Origin: a bacterium | Lineage (GTDB): Bacteria; Fidelibacterota; UBA8477; JABMPR01 | NCBI GenBank assembly: GCA_013202895.1 | Contig: JABMPR010000293.1 | Coordinates: forward strand, 1-15,567 | Length of the DNA stretch: 15,567 bases | Direction: 5' to 3' | Shown here: positions 1 to 7,700 of the stretch, piece after piece | How the letters are laid out: every line of letters starts with the position of its first letter | How positions within the stretch are numbered: position 1 is the stretch's first letter | Program-made: the position numbers and the translations under genes | The notes under the pieces: generated by a model | The model's database searches: none | What the model was told of the DNA's origin: nothing | What the model saw: only the letters and a program-made list of their open reading frames with translations

Positions 1-10
1 GAATTTCAAA

Positions 11-1828
11 ATGGGTGTGATGAATAAAATGCGGGACAACATGGCCGGGATTATGATTTTTCTGGTTATTGTTTTCGTGCTAACCATGACGGTCGGTGGA
101 TTAGTAGGTGGAGCCAATGTCATGGATCTTCTCGGTGGGGATCAGCCCAATGCTTTCACGCTTATAAATGGCGAAGAATTGACACGTGAAAGTTTCATGC
201 GCTCACTCCAGAACGAACGTGAAAATTTCCGTCAGAGAAATGGCAGCGAGCCAACCGAGCAGCAAATGGTCCAGATGACTGATCAGGTTTGGGAAACGAT
301 GGTTACTCAGATTCTCATTCGCCAGACAATTGAAGATCAAGATCTGACAACCTCTCCTGACGAGATTCGATACTACTTTACCGAGAATGTACACCCTACG
401 GTTCGTCAATATTTTATGTCTGAGGCCGGTGAATTCGATTACGATGCATATCAGCAAGCCATAAACTCACCTGAAGCAGCTAATTTTTTCGCAGCCATGC
501 GTCTGCAGGTAGCCGCTGTTGTCCCTGTTGAGAAATTACAGCAGAAAATTTTTGCCGGGGCTCATGTTTCAGAAGCTGAAGTACGTGCGGAATATACCCG
601 CAACCAGATCAACTACGATTTCGATTACCTTTTTGTTAAAACAAGTCTATGGAAAGATGCTGAAATTGAATTCTCCGATGCTGAAATTAATAACTATTAC
701 GATCTGAACATCGATAGCTACACGCAGGATGAGACTCGTACTCTGAAATATGTTGCAATTGAGATAAAAGCTACGGAGGGCGACACCACCAGAGCATTGA
801 ATCTCATCAATGATGTGAAAGAGGAAATTCTTGGTGGTGCTAGCTTTGAATCCATGGCTCAAATTCATTCAGAGGGACCAACCAGTACTGATGGCGGTTA
901 TTTAGGGTGGTTCGGGAAGGGCAAAATGGCGCCCGCATTCGAGGAAGCTTCATTTAGTGCCCCAGTTGGTGAAATCGTTGGACCCGTACTGACTCAGTTT
1001 GGATATCATTTAATTAAAGTTGAGGCCAGCCGGGTACAGGATGGAGTCCCCGAGGTAGAAGCTCGTCATATTCTGGTTGAGATCCGACCAAGCGAGACCA
1101 GCCGTGAGAAAATTCGCCGTGAATTAAAGAATCTGGAATTTCTGGCAGATGAATTAGGATTTGAGAAGGCAGTTGATTCATTAGCCCTTGATGTTAAGAC
1201 TTCAAATAAATTGCGCTTGAAGGACACCTTTATTTCAGGTATCGGTTCTTTTCAATCCGCTGTACGTTATGCTTATCTTTCGGACACAACTTCTCACAGT
1301 AGAGTCATGCAAAATGAATCTCATTTTGCTTTGTTCTCTCTTTCTGAGATTGACCCAGCTGGTCCACGCCCTTTTGACCAGGCCAAAGTCACGATCAAAC
1401 GTAAGATGATCAATGAGAAGAAGCAGGAATTGGCTAAAACAGCTGCAGAACAATTGGTAGCAGGCTTACCGGCTGAAGGTTCCTGGGCTGAGATCAAAAT
1501 TGAAGGCCGAGATGACTTGACTTATGAGGAAATACAGGGTGCCAAAGGGAATGCTGGGATAAAGGGATTAGGTCGTTATCAAGAGATCTATGGATTCATT
1601 GAGAATGCTAATGTAGGAAGTATTTCTCCAGTTTTTGACACACCTAGAGGAGCAGTTATCGTGCGTCTTAACGCTCGTGCTGATTTTGATGAAACAGATT
1701 ATGTTAGTCAATACGATGAATTGCAAACTACACTATATCAATCTCGACAAACTGAAGTCTGGAATAATTACCTGGAATCATTGCGTGAAAATGCAGATGT
1801 GATTGATAACCGTCTTCGCATGCTCTAA
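11..1828 (+). CDS. ppiD: PpiD-like periplasmic chaperone / parvulin-type peptidyl-prolyl isomerase domain protein, N-terminally membrane-anchored
   Basis: This is a 605-aa ORF. It has an N-terminal TM helix (IMIFLVIVFVLTMTVGGLVGG) followed by a SurA-N-like region. A parvulin-like core is present (GGYLGWFGKGKMAPAFEEASFSAPVGEIVGPVLTQFGYHLIKVE). Size and layout fit PpiD. The start could also be an in-frame ATG at 20 or 29. Confidence 0.8.
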   Translation: MGVMNKMRDNMAGIMIFLVIVFVLTMTVGGLVGGANVMDLLGGDQPNAFTLINGEELTRESFMRSLQNERENFRQRNGSEPTEQQMVQMTDQVWETMVTQILIRQTIEDQDLTTSPDEIRYYFTENVHPTVRQYFMSEAGEFDYDAYQQAINSPEAANFFAAMRLQVAAVVPVEKLQQKIFAGAHVSEAEVRAEYTRNQINYDFDYLFVKTSLWKDAEIEFSDAEINNYYDLNIDSYTQDETRTLKYVAIEIKATEGDTTRALNLINDVKEEILGGASFESMAQIHSEGPTSTDGGYLGWFGKGKMAPAFEEASFSAPVGEIVGPVLTQFGYHLIKVEASRVQDGVPEVEARHILVEIRPSETSREKIRRELKNLEFLADELGFEKAVDSLALDVKTSNKLRLKDTFISGIGSFQSAVRYAYLSDTTSHSRVMQNESHFALFSLSEIDPAGPRPFDQAKVTIKRKMINEKKQELAKTAAEQLVAGLPAEGSWAEIKIEGRDDLTYEEIQGAKGNAGIKGLGRYQEIYGFIENANVGSISPVFDTPRGAVIVRLNARADFDETDYVSQYDELQTTLYQSRQTEVWNNYLESLRENADVIDNRLRML

Positions 1829-1852
1829 CTCCTGATCAAAATATTTTAAAAT

Positions 1853-1879
1853 GGGGAGTTTGCTCCCCGTTTTTTATTT
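1853..1879 (+). terminator. Rho-independent terminator downstream of ppiD
   Basis: The stem is GGGGAG (1853-1858) paired with CTCCCC (1863-1868) around a TTTG loop. It is followed by GTTTTTTATTT and begins 25 nt after the ppiD stop codon. Confidence 0.8.
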
Positions 1880-1969
1880 ATCCGCTTATTGAATACATCC
1901 ACAGCTAAATAAGACTTTATATTTTCTAAGCATTAATTATGTTGTCGTAATTGTTTCATCAAGGAGGAT

Positions 1970-2404
1970 ATGATGTCTCGCGTAAAAATCGCATTTCTTG
2001 TTTTTGCAGGAATATTAATCATCATGCAATTAATTCCACTTAACCAGACTAACCCTCCCGTAGTTCAGAATGTGGCAGCACCCGTCCTAATCTCTGAAAT
2101 TTTAAAAACATCCTGCTATGATTGTCATTCCAACGAAACTATTTGGCCCTGGTATAGTCGTATTGCTCCCGGATCATTCCTTATCACTCGAGATGTGAAG
2201 ATGGGCCGTCAGCATCTGAATTTTTCTGAATTTTCGGATTTAGATTCCTTTGATAGTACAGATATTGCAGACGATCTAATCGAAGTACTCGAAGCTGGTG
2301 ATATGCCTGTAATCCAATATTTACTCCTGCATCCAAGTGCCAGCCTGAGAGATAGTGAGTCGCAAGCTTTATTGCAATGGGTTGAAACACTTTATCCTGA
2401 ATAA
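1970..2404 (+). CDS. Small membrane-anchored haem-binding-domain protein (Haem_bd/PF14376-like, CXXCH motif)
   Basis: The 144-aa ORF has an N-terminal TM/signal-anchor (VKIAFLVFAGILIIMQLIPL). A CYDCH motif lies at 2114-2128 inside the family-typical string CYDCHSNETIWPWYSRIAPGSFLITRDVKMGRQHLNFSEF. A strong AGGAGG RBS sits at 1962-1967. Its spacing favours the second ATG (1973) slightly over 1970. Confidence 0.75.
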   Translation: MMSRVKIAFLVFAGILIIMQLIPLNQTNPPVVQNVAAPVLISEILKTSCYDCHSNETIWPWYSRIAPGSFLITRDVKMGRQHLNFSEFSDLDSFDSTDIADDLIEVLEAGDMPVIQYLLLHPSASLRDSESQALLQWVETLYPE

Positions 2405-2449
2405 AGCAACAGTCAATTATAGATAAGAAAGGGCAGGCAAAGGTAAAAT

Positions 2450-3280
2450 ATGGATATCGCAACCATAATTGGTTTAATATTTGGTCTGGCATTGGTATTT
2501 TTTGGGATGTCCGAGCCTGGATCAATCTCTCCTCCAGAAACCTTTTTCAATCTACGGGGTTTGGCAATTGTATTAGGTGGAACATTGGCTGCAACTCTGG
2601 TCAATTATCCTTTAAAAAACGTCATCGGTATGCTCAAGGTCTCACTTCAGGCTTTTGCAAATAACAAAGGTGCTCAAAATCCCATGGAGATGATCGCAGA
2701 ATTGGGTACCTATTCTGATCAAGCTCGAAAAAAAGGACTGCACTCATTGGAGAATTTCCTTGAAGGAATCGAAAATCATTATCTGCAAATGGGATTGGCG
2801 AACGCCATCCTTGAAAAAGATTCGAAGAAGCTTGAAAATTTTCTCGATAATGAACTTAATTCAATGATCGACAGACACGCAAATGGGCAGGAGATTTTTT
2901 ACAACATGGGTTCTTATGCCCCTGCCTTTGGACTTCTGGGTACGGTAATGGGGTTGATCCTGATGATGACACGTCAAGCCGGAACATCTTCTGTAGACAG
3001 CTATGCAACAGGGGCTCAAGACTCAATGTCTGCTCTACTCGGGGGTATGGGTATAGCTCTGGTAACCACTTTTTACGGGGTCCTCCTGGCAAACCTGCTT
3101 TTTATTCCAATTGCTGGCAAGCTTAAGACACGGTCCGATGAAGAAGTGCACAGCCTTAAAATAATCAAAGCCGGTATCCTCAGTATTCACTCAAAGGAAC
3201 ACCCACTCATCATGCGTGAGAAGTTGCTAACTTTCGTTGATAAGGACACCAGAAAGAACGATAAGCCAGCGGGCGAATAG
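2450..3280 (+). CDS. motA: Flagellar-type stator A subunit (MotA/PomA family proton/sodium channel)
   Basis: The 276-aa product is collinear with my recollection of Vibrio PomA. Matching stretches are MDIATIIGLIFG at the N-terminus, DRHANGQEIFYNMGSYAPAFGLLGTVMGLI (TM3, conserved Pro158 at 2921-2923) and MGIALVTTFYGVLLANLLFIPIAGKL (TM4, conserved Pro220 at 3107-3109). The cytoplasmic loop carries ARKKGLHSLEN with Arg93 and Glu101 spaced as in MotA R90/E98. Confidence 0.9.
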   Translation: MDIATIIGLIFGLALVFFGMSEPGSISPPETFFNLRGLAIVLGGTLAATLVNYPLKNVIGMLKVSLQAFANNKGAQNPMEMIAELGTYSDQARKKGLHSLENFLEGIENHYLQMGLANAILEKDSKKLENFLDNELNSMIDRHANGQEIFYNMGSYAPAFGLLGTVMGLILMMTRQAGTSSVDSYATGAQDSMSALLGGMGIALVTTFYGVLLANLLFIPIAGKLKTRSDEEVHSLKIIKAGILSIHSKEHPLIMREKLLTFVDKDTRKNDKPAGE

Positions 3281-3286
3281 CCTAAA

Positions 3287-3991
3287 ATGTCTCATATTTC
3301 CTTTGTTGCCGAGCGAGCCTCCAACTCATGGAAGGTGACCTATAGTGATTTGCTTACCGGTCTGCTTGCATTCTTTCTTTTACTCATTATCAAAGCAGAA
3401 GAAGATGCCAACACCACTTTTAAATTCGCTGATCAGATGAAGAGTGTCATTTACAGCAAAATTGCAAAAGAAAAGCAGGATCGGAACATTGATTGGCTCT
3501 ATGTCGAACACGCAGGACCAAAAGGTATAAAGCTGCTGATACCCTCAGAGATTGGTGAACAAACCTTCTTCGAGTCTGCTGATGATCAGATTGTGATCAA
3601 TTTTATTTTCTACTTACGAACGGTTGCTAGAATTGTTGGTGGCCTGGAGCTGGAAAAAATTCCAGTACGTCATGCTGATGTATTTCGGAAGCTCAAAGCT
3701 GCCGGGAAGGCTATAAAAATAAATGTTCGAATTGAAGGGCATTCAGATGCCGTCCCCTTGGGTAGATCATCCCGCTTCAGGGACAATTGGGATCTATCAA
3801 CCGCCCGAGCCCACCAGGTAATGAAGTTTTTGATGAAAGAGACCCAGATTCCAGATTCCTTTTTCTCAGTGTCTGGCTATGGTCCCTTCCATCCCCTGGT
3901 AGATATGAATAGCTATGATGAGAATCGACGGGTGGAGATCTATCTCGATATTCAAATGATCGATCTGGAAAATGGTAGCAATGTCCGATAA
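3287..3991 (+). CDS. motB: Stator B subunit, MotB/PomB-type with OmpA-like peptidoglycan-binding domain (copy 1)
   Basis: The 234-aa ORF starts 6 nt after the motA stop. It has a single TM helix with the channel Asp in SWKVTYSDLLTGLLAFFLLL (Asp21, GAT 3347-3349). The C-terminal OmpA-like motifs are RIEGHSDAVPLG...FRDNWDLSTARAHQVMKFL...GYGPFHP...NRRVEIYL. Confidence 0.85.
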   Translation: MSHISFVAERASNSWKVTYSDLLTGLLAFFLLLIIKAEEDANTTFKFADQMKSVIYSKIAKEKQDRNIDWLYVEHAGPKGIKLLIPSEIGEQTFFESADDQIVINFIFYLRTVARIVGGLELEKIPVRHADVFRKLKAAGKAIKINVRIEGHSDAVPLGRSSRFRDNWDLSTARAHQVMKFLMKETQIPDSFFSVSGYGPFHPLVDMNSYDENRRVEIYLDIQMIDLENGSNVR

Positions 3992-4667
3992 TTTGACCAA
4001 GATTGCCGGTCAAGCCCGGGGGAGTTGGGTGCTCTCCTACGGTGACACCATCACGCTGCTCATAACATTTTTTATTATGATGATCACCGTCCGAGCTGGC
4101 CAGATCAATAAGATCCATAGATGGGTCAATGACCGTTTAGATGAGGCGACCCTGGAGGTCCAGGAGGCTATGGATGCTGCCAATATTCAAGAAATCTCCA
4201 TCAGAAGAAATTCAAAGGGTGTGCAGATCACGCTCCAGGATCCCAGACTTTTCGAAGTTGGTTCGGCCCAGCCCCGCAACACCCACATTTATCAACTTGA
4301 TGCTGTCGCAGCTTCAATCCAGAATCTACAAATATTTAATTTGCATAATACTGAACACGCAGCTTTTCTCGAGGAACTTCAATCTTCAGGACTAGACTGG
4401 CTCGCAGAGATTCGGATTGAAGGTCATACTGACAACATGCCATTAACCCGAAATGCTCTCTATCGTGATAACTGGGAACTTAGTGCTGCCCGAGCCCAAT
4501 CAATCATGATCCAGCTACAGCAGCGTACCGGTCTCCCAGCCTCAATTTATGCTATTGGCGGGTTTGGGGAGTTTCAGCCCATTGGAGATAATAATACCCT
4601 GGCAGGACGGGAAATTAATCGTCGAGTTGAGATCTATATTGGGGCTTCTCTGCTGAAAACTTTATAA
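3972..4667 (+). CDS. motB: Stator B subunit, MotB/PomB-type with OmpA-like peptidoglycan-binding domain (copy 2, divergent paralogue)
   Basis: The 231-aa ORF overlaps the end of motB copy 1 by 20 nt, or by 11 nt if the ATG at 3981 is used. The TM helix carries the channel Asp in SWVLSYGDTITLLITFFIMMI (Asp25, GAC 4044-4046). OmpA-like motifs are RIEGHTDNMPLTRNALYRDNWELSAARAQSIM...GGFGEFQP...NRRVEIYI. Confidence 0.85.
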   Translation: MVAMSDNLTKIAGQARGSWVLSYGDTITLLITFFIMMITVRAGQINKIHRWVNDRLDEATLEVQEAMDAANIQEISIRRNSKGVQITLQDPRLFEVGSAQPRNTHIYQLDAVAASIQNLQIFNLHNTEHAAFLEELQSSGLDWLAEIRIEGHTDNMPLTRNALYRDNWELSAARAQSIMIQLQQRTGLPASIYAIGGFGEFQPIGDNNTLAGREINRRVEIYIGASLLKTL

Positions 4668-4789
4668 GCTGGCCAGAAAACCTACTCCAACAACTCTATT
4701 AATCATTTTCCTTTGTAGTATTCACTTTTGAAGTATAATTGATGTCAATGGAATCGGAACATTCCACTCAAAATTTCGTTAAGGTATGC

Positions 4790-7700
4790 ATGAATAGATT
4801 TTGTACCCTCATTTTGTTAACATCATCACTTTTTGCTGGAGATATATCCGTCCTTGAGAAGGACGAGCATAGTATCACCGTGAGATTTACAATTCCTGAG
4901 CCTCAACTTTCCTCATTTGAGATTGGAGATCGATCAGTTCAGTTGCCCCGCTGGTCAAATGCCTACGAGGCATATGACTCATCAAATCAGACCCTTGCGC
5001 CCTTTTTTACTTTACCCCTTATCCTTCCACCTAATGGTGATATCCCAGAGATTCAGATATTGGCATCAGAATTTCTCAGAGATGGGAGACTCTCTAAAGT
5101 TAAGTTTCAGCCCCAAGATCTGGGACCTGCGAACAGATTACCTTCTATTGAAGCAGTCGAAATGATAAACCTGAAAGGGGCCGAAGATTTCAGAGATTAT
5201 AAAACAGCCCGGATTATGGTATATCCTTATTTCATAGCTGGACAACGTTTAAGCAGTCTAACATTCCGCCTTGACTTCCCTGCCTACAGTGGTTCAGAAT
5301 TGAGTCAGGAATCGGACTTGATCCAGGGATATCTAAATGCTGATATGGCTAAGAACTGGGCTAAAACACCTGCATCGTCGCTGGGAAGAACTGCATCAGT
5401 ATGGCCTCAGGGACAATGGTTTCGCTTTCCCATAAATGCTATGGGCATCCACCGTATCAATGTGGCTTCTTTTGGAGATAACCTGCCCGAGACCAATCCA
5501 ATTAGCTGGCAAGTCTATGCTCCCTATTATGAAGGCCAAGCCCTCCCTTTTAGTCTTAGTCATACTGAACCGACACCAGATAATTTCAAAGCGATCAGTA
5601 TGCAAGGTTCCGGGTTGGAGGATGGTGTATTTTCAGATGACGATGAAATTATCTTTTTTGCCCAGGCCCTGAATGGTGACTTCAAAGGGGATAATTTCAC
5701 CCACCTCTTTGGGAAGCAACGCTACTACTGGATCTGTATTCCTTTTGATGATAGTGAGACTGCAAATCAGATTGATTTTCTCCCCAGCTATCTTGGTACC
5801 CATACCGAAACAGTTAGAAGCTACCAAAAGCGCCTATATCATGAAACTGACCTTCATAATCAACTCCATTCCGGTCAGAGCTGGGTTGGTGAAAAACTCA
5901 CCGGCAGTTCAGATCAATTTTATATTTCCTTTTCAGATGATTATCTTGATTTAAGCTCTGAAATCAATCTGAATGTATTATTCAGAATAGATTACGATGT
6001 CGATAATTACCAGGATATTCTTGATGTAGAATTGAATGATATTCCTTTCAATGTCAACCAGATCAAGACTGTCCAGAACAAAAAGATAATTCTCAATGGA
6101 ACTGCTGGTGAAAATTTGATGCGCGATAAAAGCGTGGGTAACAATATTCTCAAGCTAGACTATTCCAGCAATTCTCCCAACTCCATCATATATCTGGATA
6201 GTTTAAGATTTTCGTATGATAGGCAGTTAGCCCCATCATCCGAATATCTTTTTGGTACTGTTGACTTACCTGGCGCTATAAATCGTCTCATTTTTCAGGA
6301 TCTTAGCAGCGGTTTTCAACTCTGGGATATTTCAAATCCATCTAATGTTGTGGAGTGGCAGATTGAGAATAATCTTTATTTGCACCAAGGAACAGGGAAG
6401 CATGAGATCATTGGATTTAATGACGATCAACTCATCGATGTTATCTTAACTGAGACAGCCGACCAGGGAAATCCGCAACTCAGACAGGCTGGCCGACAAG
6501 CTGATTACATAATCATCACCCCTGAGATCTTTCTCGATCAGGCAGAGCGCATTCGTGAATTAAGAGAAGAGCTGGTTCCTGAGGCTGAACAGCTCACCGT
6601 AGAGATCGTTAAAATAAATGATATTTATGATGAATTTTCAGCTGGGACGGTGGATCCGGCTGCAATAAAACATTTTTTACATTATGTATATTTTTCATGG
6701 GATCAATCTAACAGAATAAGATACGTTCTATTTCTTGGAGATACAGACTATGATTATCGCAATATTACCGGACAAAGCAAGATGCTCATACCCACTTTTC
6801 AAAAAGATGGTATCAGCGATATAAGTTCCTACGCAACAGATGATAAATATACTTTCATTGCTTCGGGGATATGGGATGCATTACCAGATATTGCCATTGG
6901 ACGCTATCCAGCTCAGAGGGTGGATCAATTGGAGATTATGATTGATAAACTAATCAGCTATGAACTCACTCCTGAACCTGGGATCTGGCGCAATACAGTA
7001 ACCCTGGTGGCAGATGATCCTCTGCGCCCTAGCAAAACGGTTGAATATGCACATATTACTGATACAGAGAGTCTTGCGGGCATTATTCCTGAAAGCATGC
7101 ATGTGGATAAGGTTTATCTGACTGAATATCCAGAGGTTCAGGATCCAAACTCCCCCTATATCAAAAAACCAAAGGCACGGGATGAATTTCTGCAAAAGCT
7201 ATTTAATGGCACTTTACTTGTAAACTACCTGGGTCATGGGTCTCCTAATGTTTGGGCTCAGGAAGAAGTGTTTACCGTTTCTGATCTGGGTCTTGTCAAG
7301 ACGAACATGCGCCTGCCTTTCTGGGTTGCTGGAACCTGCGATTGGGCTAAATATGATGATGTAAGTTCATCATGCGTACCTGAAGAGCTGATGTTGATGG
7401 AAAGTAATGGTGCAATTGGTATCCTTTCTACAACAAGGAAAACGTTTTCAAGTTACAACCGGATTTTATTGCTTGACTTTTTTGACTTTCTTTTTCCTGA
7501 TAATCAAGCGAGTCGATCGATTCCTGTTGGCGATGCCATCATGATGGCAAAAAATATTACTGCTGGCTCCGATCCGAACAATGAGAAGTATGTCCTATTC
7601 TCTGATCCTGCACTCAGATTAGCGTCGCCTGTTAGGAAAGGGCAAATCCAAAGCGTAACTCCCAGTGTACTCCAGGCAATGGGTAGTGTTAACTTTTCGG

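Noticed and set aside
740-1100. Degenerate parvulin domain in PpiD (LKYVAIE where parvulins have xHILV, plus an orphan ARHILVE at 1061-1081 just after the domain)
   Set aside because: This is real in the sequence. However, PpiD-family parvulin domains are known to be catalytically degenerate chaperone modules (E. coli PpiD lacks PPIase activity), so I do not consider it unusual.
203-1453. Track ORFs 203-457(-), 519-707(+), 647-868(-) and 1235-1453(-) inside ppiD
   Set aside because: All lie entirely within the well-supported ppiD frame, either antisense or in another frame. They have low-complexity or odd composition, no recognisable motifs and no RBS context, so they are typical shadow ORFs.
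2184-4395. Track ORFs 2184-2525(-), 2413-2604(-), 2856-3092(-), 3777-4118(-) and 4141-4395(+) overlapping the haem_bd, motA and motB genes
   Set aside because: They lie antisense or in alternate frames of genes with strong family signatures. Their Pro/Arg/Ser-rich translations are typical of out-of-frame reading, and there is no independent support.
2450-4667. Reading the MotA/MotB-like genes as a Zorya-type anti-phage system
   Set aside because: ZorA proteins are much longer than this 276-aa A subunit, because they carry a long C-terminal tail. Zorya also needs ZorC/ZorD or ZorE-type partners, and none is present. This A subunit is collinear with PomA/MotA and keeps the rotor-contact Arg/Glu pair.
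4739-4789. TTG 4739 / ATG 4742 as the start of the C25 peptidase
   Set aside because: The extra 17 residues (MMSMESEHSTQNFVKVC) would sit in front of a perfectly good signal peptide beginning at ATG 4790. That codon has its own AAGG RBS, and a TATAAT at 4734-4739 overlaps the upstream candidates.
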